A stretch of DNA of 64,000 bases from Eledone cirrhosa. Lineage: Eukaryota. A program made the position numbers and the translations under genes. The notes below the pieces were generated by a model. It searched no databases and was not told the origin of the DNA. It saw only the letters and a list, made by a program, of their open reading frames with translations. This document shows positions 23,389 to 35,624 of the stretch, piece by piece (positions within the stretch are counted from its first letter, which is position 1; each line of letters opens with the position of its first letter). The stretch lies in NCBI GenBank assembly GCA_964016885.1, contig OZ024742.1, positions 102,796,001-102,860,000 of the forward strand. Reading direction: 5' to 3'.

Positions 23389-23583
23389 TATAATTGTTTC
23401 TACTTTTGGCACAAGGCCAGCAATTATCCCAGTGTATTACTGGTACTTTATTTTATCGACCCTGTAAGGATGAAAGGCAAAGTTAACCTCGGCGGGATTT
23501 GAACTCAGACCATAAAGGGCCGTAACTCTTTGCTGCAAAGCATGGCGTCTGACCGTCTACCGATACTGCCAATCCACCGCCCT
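23389..23583 (-). mobile_element. Family A SINE, young full-length copy with probable TSD
   Basis: Reverse complement of the 7612-7800 type; flanked by GAG(T/C)CTTATAATAT on both sides. Confidence 0.85.
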
Positions 23584-24428
23584 TTGCCAATCCACCGAGC
23601 CTTATAATATAATATAATAAAGAGAGACAAACACAGATATATATATACATATATGCCTTTAAACCACAAGGGACCTAAACTGCTAGGGTGAAGAAGATAC
23701 TAACTAAGAACAATACGGTTTGCTAGACTCAATTAAAAGGATAAATTAAGAATTACAAACCAAATCATGATAACTATCAACATCCAGACAGCCTTTGGTA
23801 GAACTGTTTTGCAACAAAGTGGAGAGAGTTACAAATCCGATTGCTCTTCAGTGGATGTACAGATTAGTAATCTCTTCACTCCTAAATATCTTAAAAGACT
23901 AAGATATTTTTAAGAGAAAAAAAAAACGCACATGGTATTCTGTGCCTAGCGGGTCTTGTAAAATCTAGGTTACTAAAAATAGCAGCCAGATTCACTCGAC
24001 ATGTAAAAGCTCGACAAAATTCTAGGAGCTGAGTTTATCAAAAGTATATATTGAGTTAAAAACTCACAATAGTCCCTTATAATTAAAATAGCTCAAGGAA
24101 AAAAAAATTTCTGAGCCTTATATATATATATGATGATGATGATGATGATGATGATATATACATTTACTTTTTGTATTGCTTTGCAAGATATTCAATGTTA
24201 AATAGTATGTTGAAACTGATATTGTTGTACTTTGGTAGGGTCATTCTGCCAAAAGAAACTGAATGCATTAGTTGTTGTTCACTTCTGTTTCATTACTAAC
24301 TATTTATCAGAAATGTTCCGTAGCATCACTGAGCCTTTTCAATGAAAATAATCAGAGAAATGAAATAAATATTACAAAGTCTTTTTTACAATAATCTAAC
24401 AACTGTACCTTGAACTAAGATTGTTAAG

Positions 24429-24610
24429 ATGAGGGTTGGCTGAAAAATTCATGGACTGACAAAGAATCTCTCATGGTTTGACCAAATGAAGTTTATTTTT
24501 CAATAATGCAGTTATTAATAAAAATAGTTGAAATGAATGCATGCAAGGTTTCACAGCTCTAACATCACTCCTTTTTAGTCAGCCTATGAACTTTTCAGTC
24601 AATCCCAGTA
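24429..24610. mobile_element. Mariner-like MITE
   Basis: Imperfect ~30-bp TIRs GAGGGTTGGCTGAAAAATTCATGGACTGAC / GTCAGCCTATGAACTTTTCAGTCAATCCC. Confidence 0.65.
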
Positions 24611-24617
24611 ATATTAG

Positions 24618-24902
24618 AACTAGATGAGAGCAACGTCGCCTTCTCTCTCTTTCTGTCACACACACACACACACACACACTCTCTCTTTCTGTCTAAACAA
24701 ATGACATTCCTTTTCTTTATCTATGTACATCTCTTTTGCTTGGCGCTCCCCTTCTCTCTATATAAATGAGGGCGAAGTCATAACTTTCTGTCACCTCTAT
24801 CTATGTACATATCTCTTGCTTGGTATTCCCCCTCTCTATATAAAGTGAACATGCGGATGGAGGGACGGATGGACAGACAGAGCTCTTATTATAATATAGA
24901 TT
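24618..24902 (+). mobile_element. Possible Helentron-associated (HINE/DINE-like) element
   Basis: Starts AACTAGA, has an internal ~80-bp duplication and GGAC/GGAT/GACA microsatellite, ends TTATTATAATATAGATT. Confidence 0.4.
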
Positions 24903-26859
24903 ATTCAATAATTTTTTCAACTGAATTTCCTCAACTTCACTCAAGGTATGGGGTCAACCTGAGGTTATGGTAAAAGACACTTGCCCAATATACATGTGGG
25001 ACCAAACCTGGAAGATCGTGATTCTGAAGTAAATTTCTTAACCATTTGGCCAAACTACATCTATTTGCATTCACATACTAAAGCCCAAACAGTAAAGTGG
25101 TCGAGTAGGCGTCATGATGAAAAAGCAGCCAGCCCAAAGAGTAAAGTGGTCGAGTAGGTGTCACGACAAAAAGCACCCAGCACACACTGTAAATGTGGAT
25201 GGCATTAGGATGGGCATCCAGCCATAGAAACCAAGCCAGAAACAGTTCTATATGAGCAAGACACGGTCATCTGACCATACTTGCCTCAAATGGGACAATC
25301 CGTTTAACCTATACTAGCGTGGAAAATGGACGTTAAACGATGATGATAGGGTCAGAAGGACATGACAACCTTCCTAGTGTTGGTGATCTACAAGGTAAAT
25401 GCACCTAGTTCACTCTGAAAACTGATAGGTGATAGGAAGGGCATCCAGCCATAGAAAATTTGCCAATGAAAGGGTTAGGAGGACTCATCAGCTGTGTCAA
25501 AGATATGACAATCTCCTTAGTGTTGGTGCCATAATAAAATGCATTCACTAGAGCATGGGAACATATTGAAGCAAAAAGTAGGACGCCAGTCCACCTGAGA
25601 GGTCAGTAGCTCTGCTTAACCTTCAGCACACTGAATTCTTTTATAAATTGCTTCCCTTAACACTGCATTATGTATTAAGGGGAGATTACTCTATTGGTGA
25701 CATAAGTTGTCTAGAGCACTCAGAAGATTAAGTATTGACTGGGTCAGTGAAGACTCATTCAACCCTAGCAGGAAAGGTAGAGGTTGAAGGATGATAAAGA
25801 CTAAATCGGAGTGAAGAGATGGTAGAGTGTATATCTTTAAAAAATATCATCCTCCAGTCTTTCTAAACAACAGTTAAAGAATGGTTTGCTTGTATATATA
25901 TATTAATCACATTGCAATTTTATTAAATCTTTTAATCAAAGAACAATGTTTATATTTATGAGTGGTATAAACATTTTATCGAAATTTTAATGAATTCCCA
26001 AGGGGCCCTTATATTTATACATAATTCTTCTTTAATCTATGAAATATAATTTCAGCGTTTAGTTCTGAAGTAATATTGAGTTCAAATTACAAGCAAAGCC
26101 AAAAAAGATAAATTTAATTTAAAAAAACGAAAAATGTATAAGAGAAAAAGATACAAAAAATATGTGAAATATCTACATTAAAAATTATTTATTCTAATGA
26201 TCATACAACTATTTTTTAAAGTAATTTTTTCAAATAAAATATATTTGATAAGTGAGAGAGAGAGGGGGGGGGGGGGGGTTTAGAAAGGTAGAAAAATATT
26301 TGATTTTGTTGCATTAACTCTATTAATTGCATTTTTTAAGGGTGTGTTAATATTTCTAAACATCAAAATAAAATTGGTATATATGTTGTTTGTGTGTATG
26401 TGTGTTTATATATTTGAATGTAGAAGAAAATTCTTTGCAGTATTTGTTCTGACTCTGTGCACCATGTGTTCAAATTCTACCATGGTCTATTTTATAATTC
26501 ATCCTTTCAGGATTGATAAAATAAAGTACCAATAGAGGGTAATGGATTGGAAGAATTCTTAGAATATCAGATGAGATGCCTTGCAATATTTGTCTTAGTT
26601 ACTTCTACTATGGCTTACTTGGGTGGTAGACTAAATCTGTTGCTTGGTCCTTTAGAAAAGTAAGTATACTCTGTTGTAAGCATTTGGACCAGGCTTCTTG
26701 TTTGAAGATACCTTTCTCCTTACTTCTCTCATGCCAGTCTTTGAGGCCTTGGAAAGAGTCATGGGTCCAGAAAAAAAAAAGAATTAAGAAGGGGGTCAAT
26801 GCTTTAAACGATTAGTGCAAACTTGCCTGGCCTCTCAAAAGAACCCCCCCTTCCCAATA

Positions 26860-26902
<43 letters not shown>

Positions 26903-26924
26903 AATGTGTGTGTGGGTGTGTGTG

Positions 26925-27106
26925 TATCCCGGGTACAATCGGGGGTAACCACAGTAAGGTACTCAATATATAGCAGAGTATAAACATCTAATATAGAAAT
27001 AGTTTCTACAGGACTAGAATTATTCCAGTCGAAGGAACTCATCAGGAAAGCTGATGATTTCCTTCGAATGAAACAGTTCTAGTCCTGTAGAAGCCATTTC
27101 TATATT
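26925..27106. mobile_element. Fold-back mini-element with two back-to-back hammerhead cores
   Basis: Arms ~26990-27045/27051-27106 around the 5-nt loop GAAAG. Plus strand CTGATGA(27051)-TTTC-CTTC-GAAT-GAAA(27070)-CAGTTCTA-GTC; the minus-strand copy has GGAA instead of GAAA. Confidence 0.7.
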
Positions 27107-27126
27107 ATATATATATATATATATAT

Positions 27127-28697
27127 ACCCTAGATATCAAGTCGCTTTATACTGTCATCCCTCACGCCAACGGCCTACGTGCCCTCAAGCACTACCTTGA
27201 CCTTCGCCCCTCCCCCATCCCCTCCATCCCCACCCTCCTTCGCCTCGCCGAGCTGGTCCTCACCCTCAACTGCTTCTCCTTCTCGGGTGAGAGTTACCAA
27301 CAGGTTACGGGGGTAGCCATGGGCACAAGAATGAGCCCAAACTATGCCAACCTTTTCGTTGGCCATGTTGAGGCCCAAATCTTTGTCCAGTACCCGGCCC
27401 CACACCCGAACTGTACGGTCGTTACATCGACGACTGTATCGGAGCCACGACCCTCACCCGAGTACAGCTCGACTCCTTTCTCTCCTTCTTCTGCTCCTTC
27501 CACCCCTCCCTCCACTTCACCACCTCTATCTCCACCACCCACGTCCATTTCTTAGACATCACCGTCGCCATCGACCCCTCCCACCACTCCCTCGTCACCT
27601 CCGCCTTCTTCAAACCCACCTCCTCCCACTCCTACCTCGACTTCACCTCCTCCTACCCTACACACACTAAACACTCTATTCCCTACTCCCAACTCCTCAG
27701 GATTCGCCGCCTCTGCAGTCGAGATGCTGACTTTGAGTCCCAGGCCCTTTCCCTAGTCAGCCATTTCATCCGCAGAGGTTACCCCCCTCCCTCGTCCGGC
27801 CTGAACTCCCCACCCTTCTCCTGCCTTGATCCTCTGACCACTTCTCCGCACACACAGACACACAGTCCTCTCCACCTGTCATTCTCCTCTACCCTCATCC
27901 TGCCTTGACCCTCTGACCACTTCCGGTTGCGTGCGCACCCCACATCTCCCTTCTGCCGACTACTACAACCACGTATTACACATCATTGGCCATCGTTCCA
28001 CTATCCACTCCTTAACATGGAAAATATCCGGCATCTATTCACACCCTCTATGGAACTACCTTAGGAACTTACCCACGGACATACACTAAAAAAAATGTTT
28101 TCGAACATTGCCGCCTTCATCCACAAAACATATAAACACCAACACACACGTGCGTACCCCCACATATATACACACTCAGCCTCCGGAATCCTCTCCCCCT
28201 CCCCCACCCCTCTGATCCCTCCTCATCCACACGCACACACACACCGACCTAGACCCCACCCCACACACACACCTTTTCCTGAACATGGAACCTCGTTCTT
28301 CCCCCAACTCTCACATTCACATACACACACACACATACACCACCTTCAGCCCTCCCCGCTCGGACACCCCGCCTCCCTCTCCCCACTCCACCCGTCACCA
28401 CCCCTACACACCCCACACCCTTCCACCACTTGTTTATCTTCATGTTTATTTTTATTTTTATTTTTTAAATTTTTATTTGTACCCCTTCCACCGTTTTTCC
28501 TCCCCTCCCCCTTTTCTAAATGTCTCTCCTCCACTCCCCTACACACCCTCGGAACTCTCTTCCCACCCACTTTTCGCCTGAAGAAGGGCTTATGCTCGAA
28601 ACGTCGTTCCCCATCCCCTCACTCTCAAGAGCGTGAAACTAATAAACCTTTGTTTGTACTGCCTCTCTGTTTTGTTCCCGTTCCATTTTTCACTATA
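27127..28697 (+). mobile_element. Penelope-like retroelement (Neptune-like) RT remnant with C-rich 3'/pLTR region
   Basis: TLDIKSLYTVIPH...LAELVLTLNCFSF...YQQVTGVAMGTRMSPNYANLFVG, frameshift near 27405, then YGRYIDDC...FLDITV...KPTSSHSYLDFTS...SIPYSQLLRIRRLCS...RGYP (~27790). No GIY-YIG domain seen. AATAAA at 28641. (TA)n at both ends. Confidence 0.92.
28578..28608 (+). ncRNA. PLE-associated hammerhead ribozyme core
   Basis: CTGAAGA-A-GGGC-TTAT-GCTC-GAAA-CGTCG-TT: cores and a 4-bp stem II are clear; no local stem I evident. Confidence 0.65.
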
Positions 28698-28701
28698 TAT
28701 A

Positions 28702-29046
28702 TCATCATCATCATCATCATCATTTTTACGTCCCCTTTTCCCTGCTTGCAAGGGTGGGACGGGAACTGATTCTGGCTTGATTTCTACAGCTGGATGCCCT
28801 TCCTAACACCAACCTCATTTACAGTGAGTGCTGGGTGCTTTTTTGCCGTGGCACCTCCACGACCACTTTGCAGTGGAATGATAGGGACCCCAGTCCCTAT
28901 CATCTCATTTCTACAGCTGAGTAAACTGGAGCAATGTGAAATAAAGTGTCTTGCTCAAGGAAACAACACATCACCCGGTCTGAGAATTGAACTCACAACC
29001 TTTCGATTGCAAGGCCAATGCTCTAACCACTAAGCCATGTGCCTCC
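28702..29046 (-). mobile_element. Family B CORE-SINE, full length
   Basis: Near-identical reverse complement of 8582-8918. Confidence 0.88.
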
Positions 29047-29179
29047 ATATATATATATATATGAAATACCAATGATGGTTGGCAAAATCACTGATGAGGG
29101 ACTAATTTTATAATATGTAATCCATGTGCAACCATGCAGTATTCTTCTTCCCCTTGTTTTTCATATATATATATATATA

Positions 29180-30240
29180 TACTAGCAGAGGTACCCGGCG
29201 TTGCTCGGGTATTAAATAGCAATTGTGTATACCATTTATGTCAATACTTCAGTGCTGCTTCGAAAACTATACTTTTACAAAATCATCAGCTTTTTCCAAA
29301 AGGGGGTTCCTGCCCCCAGGGGTCCTCTACTCAATATGTGCCAATTATGTAGGACAAACGTAGGACAAACGTAGCCCATGTGTCAAGTTTTGTGAAAATC
29401 GGTTGCGAACTCCAGAAGTTATGATGTTTTGTTGCATTGCACTGCAGTGCTTCAGTCGACTCCAAGAAAGTGGTTAAAGGGGGTTATCTGCCGGGAGGCT
29501 CTATAATCAATATCTGGAAAAATGAAAGTGCCCATGACCATCCGGACTACATAAGTAACCTATGTCTTAAGTTTGGTGAAAATACTGAAGAAATGCATAA
29601 GGTTTATACATACGTGTGCGTGCGTGTGTTTGTGGGTGTGTATGTATTTGTGTGTGCATATGTATGTGCATGTCCGTCGGGGCATACGTATGTACTAGCC
29701 TAAATCTTCACTATTTACTTTTACTATTTTAATAACCTCTGTCATTTTCGTTTTCAATTTTATTTACATCATTCTTAAACTCCGGGGCTGGAAATGATTC
29801 TCTTATTTTAAATAGAATATTAGTCTAACGACTCCATTTATACCATAAACTTGGTCTTGTCTTTGCATGAAATTGTTCTTCTCGCTCCACATAACAACGT
29901 ATTATCCTCGTTTTTTTCCCGTTCATTACCAGGGAACATCTTCACGAACCAAAATATCGTCTTCCTGTTTTCCTTCGGTTGCAACGTTTCTCGAAATATT
30001 TACTTCTGCGTTCACAGATTACTCTCGGTTCAATTTGAATGGGAAATTCATGTTTCATCGATTTTCTCCATAATCATGGAAGCTTGTAGCTTGAAAATCA
30101 ACCCAACGCCTCCTCCGGTCATTCTGCATAACTGTGTAAATTTTCGCTGCATTCCACCAAGCCGTTTCGACGTTTATCCGACTACACCTACTTACTTAAA
30201 TATACAACGTCCGACCACTTCCAATTTATATAGTATATAT
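29180..30240 (+). mobile_element. Helentron-associated (HINE/DINE-1-like) non-autonomous element
   Basis: Starts ACTAGCAGAGGTACCCGGCGTTGCTCGGGT (subterminal hairpin ACCCG/CGGGT), contains AAGTTT..TGAAAAT motifs, CpG-retaining, ends TTTATATAGTATA in (TA)n. Confidence 0.55.
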
Positions 30241-31532
30241 ATATATCTATATCCAGCCATGATATTATAGCAAAATGGATGAGGATAGGAACAACATCCA
30301 ATGTTCTGAGAAATCAGTTTGTATCAATATATTCCACAGAGATGTCAAACACATTTTATTTTCCATATAGTAAAAGATTCCTTAAATACTAAATAGCTGT
30401 ATCACCCACAAAGGAAATAAAAAGATTACTTGGGAAAATAAATTCTCTCATGGCCACTGAGTCTGACAATAGTCTGCTTGATTCCTAATGAAATTACAGG
30501 ACAAATTGTCTCTTAGGTTGATGTTGATCTTCAGGCCATACAGTTTAGCCTGATCACTGGAAAATGGCAATAATCTATCAGGATATCAAACTAATGAAAA
30601 TGAATAAATAGAAAGCTTAAAATGTCTAGACCTATATTGTTGAAAGCTGTTATTTTTAAAGGATATTGCTATGAATAATCTACAGCAATATTGTTATATA
30701 GTGTGTTTATGTGTTCTTGCTTAATAGATAGCCATTGTTGACTCTATAAAATGGAAATTCTGTGAGACATAGCTCATAAATCTCATGGTCAGTCTAGCAT
30801 TATGAAAGAATCATAAACAACAAATAGATTCCAATATTGCTTAGTCTTCATAAAAGCATTTGTTATCTCTTAACATTCTAAAATAATTTAGCAGAAAATA
30901 TCTAAAAACAGAGTTTGTTAATTCAAATATTTACAGTATCTTTACTTGTGGACAAATCATTCTGAAAAATTTCAGTAAACTAAAGCTTTTATTTTGAATG
31001 TGATACAATGTGATACAGTGAAAAGAACCCAGTCCACACTGTAATGTGGTTAGTGTTAGGAAGGGCATCCAGCTGTAGAAACCAAGCCAAAATACAGATC
31101 CGTATGAGCATGACGTGATCTCTGGACTTGAGATGTCTCATAACGTGACAACCCGTCTAACCCATGAAAGCATGGAAAATGGATGATGATGATGATGCAG
31201 GCTTTTCAGCTCAGTGAGGCTTTACAACATACTTGATGGGCACTCTAATTTGCAATATTTCTAAGATGGCGTTTTGGAATAAGCATATCACTGTAAATGT
31301 TTCTAAAACTGAGGATGCACCATTGAAAAGTAGTTGAGGGTGGGGGTAATGCCACCTAGAGCCCCTCCTTAGTGACAGGCCTGCTTATAGTGCAGTTTTG
31401 TACTTTTCAACAATGTTATGCTAATGTGGTTTCATGCAGTAACCACCAGAAGTTATGTCTGGAAGTGAAAAGTTATAGAAAAATTTGGAGAAATCACATT
31501 CTAACAATTGAAATATAGATATTATTATAAGA

Positions 31533-31895
31533 GGGCGGTGAATTGGCAGTATCAGTAGAGGGCCGGATGCCATGCTTTCCAGCATAGTTACGTCCCCTTA
31601 TGTTCTGAGTTCAAATCCCGCCGAGGTTAACTTTGCCTTTCATCCTTACGGGGTTGATAAAATAAAGTATCGGTAATGCACTGGGTAATTGCTGGCCTTG
31701 TGCCAAAAGTAGAAACAATTAATATGGTGGATTGGCAGTATTGGTAGAGGGTCGGATGCCATGCTTTGCAGCAAAGAGTTACGGCCCTTTATGGTCTGAG
31801 TTCAAATCCCGCCGAGGTTAACTTTGCCTTTCATCCTTACGGGGTCAGTAATACTGGGATAATTGTTGGTCTTGTGCCAAAAGTAGAAACAATTA
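31533..31895 (+). mobile_element. Head-to-tail dimer of two family A SINE subfamilies
   Basis: 31533-31722 (TTTCCAGCATAGTTACGTCC type) and 31726-31895 (TTTGCAGCAAAGAGTTACGGCC type); ATTATTATAAGAGGGC occurs at both ends. Confidence 0.85.
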
Positions 31896-31976
31896 TTATA
31901 AGAGGGCATGTTTTCGAAATGTAAAATCTTTTATAGATCAAGGACCCACTCTGTACCTTCATTTTCTCACTGTATC

Positions 31977-32158
31977 TACCATATATACTTGAATATAAGC
32001 GGAGGAATATGTCACCAAAAAATCGATGGTAGAAGAGGGATTAACAATATTTTGACGATTTGCACCTACTTCTAATTCTACATAAATAAGGTTTGGATTT
32101 TTGCCTATTTCTCAGACATAAAATAGCGGGGTCGGCTTATATTCGAGTATACACGGTA
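31977..32158. mobile_element. pogo/Tigger-like MITE
   Basis: TIRs TACCATATATACTTGAATATAAGC / GCTTATATTCGAGTATACACGGTA. Confidence 0.75.
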
Positions 32159-33018
32159 TGTATAAATGACATGTGTGAATACATTACTTTTCCCTTCAGT
32201 TCCACTTTTGTCTCACTTAAAGATTTGTTGGGGTTTTTCGTAACAATTTTTAAATATTATTAAAATTCATGAAAAGTTCTTGATTTTTTTTAGCTATTTG
32301 ACAAAAAAAAAAAACAACTGCTAATGGTGTTTAAAACTGAGAAAATATCAAATCTTGATTGTAACTAAAATACAAACAAAACAGAAAAGGTTAAAAAATA
32401 GGAAAATAAGGAAAAAAGGGTGAATCAATTTACACAGCATTGTTTGTATAGTGCTCCTGTTCCAACATACTTAGATATCCACTCTTCATTCCAAACTAAG
32501 CTGGAAGTCTCAGATCAACCGCGTCACAAAGAGAGATAAAAAGTAAATGTATGGTTACCTACAGAGAATTCTCAGTGAGTGCTCTGACTACTCAACACTT
32601 ACAAAGCTATAAAATATATGTTTGACCACTATATATATATATATATATAATAATAATCATCATCATCACCGTTTTTATGTCCGTTTTTCCAACCCATGCA
32701 AGTGTGGGAAAATGGACTAAAAAATGACAAAAACAATGATGATGACGACAATATATATATTTGCGTATGTCTGTGTGTGTGTGCGTCAGAGTGTATATGT
32801 GTGTGTGTGTCTAATATAGGTTTCAACTCAGTTGAGGCTGATTTAGCCCTGAGCCTGAATTTTTGAACAAATCCAAAGGATCACAGCATGATATACATTT
32901 TCCAATATCTAATAATGCAAGTCAACACACAGCTCTTTCAAAAACAAAACAAAATAAAAAAATTGAAGAATTGTGTTCAATTCATTCATACAAGATGCTA
33001 AAAGTGTATAATCATAAG

Positions 33019-33072
33019 CACACACACACACACACATATATATATAGGTTGTTAATAAATCTGCTTATAATG

Positions 33073-33119
<47 letters not shown>

Positions 33120-33494
33120 GTATGTATGTGTGTGTGTATATATATATATATGTATATATGTGTATGTATATATGTGTGTGTGTATATATATATATGTATA
33201 TATGTATGTGTGTATATGTATGTATATATGTGTATGTATATATATGTGTGTGTATTTATATATATATGTATATATGTGTATATATATGTATATATATACA
33301 TATATATATATGTGTATATGTATATATGTGTGTATATATATATATATGAGTGTGTGTGTATATATATATGTGTGTATTTATATATATATGTGTGTGTATA
33401 TGTATATATGTGTGTATATATATATATATATGTATATATGTGTGTATATATATATATATATGTATATATGTGTGTATATATATATATGTATATA

Positions 33495-33543
<49 letters not shown>

Positions 33544-34060
33544 GTGTATGTATATATATATATGTGTATATATATGTGTGAATATATATATATATGTGTG
33601 TGTATATGTATATTTGTGTGTGTGTATATATATATATGTGTGTGTATATGTATATATGTGTGTATACGTATATATGTGTGTATATATATATGTATATATG
33701 TGTGTATATATATATATATGTGTGTATATATATGTATATATGTATATATGTGTATATATATATGTATATGTGTGTATATATATATATGTATGTGTGTGTA
33801 TATATATATATGTATATGTGTGTATGTATATATATATGTATATATGTGTATGTATATATCTATATATATATATGTATATATATATATATGATGATGTATA
33901 TGTATATATGTCTATATATGTATATATGTGTATATGTATATATGTCTATATGTGTATATGTATATATATGTATATGTATATATATATGTATATGTGTATA
34001 TATATATATGTGTGTGTGTGTATGTATATATGTATATGCATATATGTGTATATGTATATA

Positions 34061-34141
<81 letters not shown>

Positions 34142-34642
34142 TTGTATATGTATATATATTTGTATATGTATATATATGTATATATGTGTATATGTATATA
34201 TGTGTATATGTATATATATATACGTATATATTTGTATATGTATATATGTGTATATGTATATATATATATATGCGAATGCATGTATGCATATGTATACATA
34301 CACACACACACACACAGACACACACACACACATATATATATATATATGTGTATATATATGAATACACGTACATATATATACACAATCACGAAAGATATAT
34401 ATGTGTGTATTCGCACGTGCGCGTATGTGTTTGTGTGTACACGCACGTGAACATGTGTGTGTGTATGTAGGTGTATATGTGTGAAAGAGAAGATCTAAGG
34501 TGATTGTGTTTGATCTGGTTCTTTTATCTAAATCACTGAATATGTTCTGTGGGTGTTTAATACATATTGATCTAAAGTGTTGGTCTCTATTGAACTGATA
34601 GGAGAGTGTGAGGGTGGGGTGGTAGGGCTGGGGGCTAGGGGA

Positions 34643-34682
<40 letters not shown>

Positions 34683-34771
34683 GCACACTTACTAATATAT
34701 ATGTTTAATATACATGTACTGACATACTGACATACATATACTAACTCACACACACATGCAGGCATCATGTG

Positions 34772-34819
<48 letters not shown>

Positions 34820-34845
34820 AACATACACATATATATGTGTGTGTG

Positions 34846-34935
<90 letters not shown>

Positions 34936-35017
34936 CACACATACACATATATGTGTGTGTATATATATATACATATATACACACACATATATACACACAT
35001 ACACATATATATGTGTG

Positions 35018-35062
<45 letters not shown>

Positions 35063-35500
35063 GTATATATACACTCACATACACATATATATATGTGTGT
35101 GTGTATATATGTATATATATATCTATATATATCTATATACATTTACATACATACCTATATACATATGTATGTATATACATACAAACTTACATACATCCAT
35201 GCATACATATGTACACATATATACATCATGCACACTGTCATATATACGTACAGTTTTCACACACACATTCATATATATATACACACATACATCATGTGTA
35301 TCTGCACATCCATATATTTTGCATTCAAATATATATTGGCAATACATGCACATACCTATACACTACTAAAAAAAATACTCAATGATATATGCAATATCAC
35401 ACACACATAGATGTACACAAACATGCACGCACATACATACAGGCATACACAAAAACACATGCAAATATACACAAGCACATAGATACAAATGCACACACAT
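33019..35500. repeat. Compound (TA)/(TG)/(CA) microsatellite field
   Basis: About 2.4 kb of alternating purine-pyrimidine sequence interrupted by ~170 bp at 34480-34650. Confidence 0.97.
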
Positions 35501-35624
35501 ATTGGTTATCAGAAGTAATCATTCTGATATTGATATGTATATCCTCAGAAACTTCGACATACTAATATACCTACATACCCACAGAGACGCAACCATACAA
35601 CTCCACAAACCGACACACTGATGC

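Noticed and set aside
32863-35410. Long Y/I/C/V/M-rich ORFs
   Set aside because: Stop-free translation of TA/TG/CA microsatellites.
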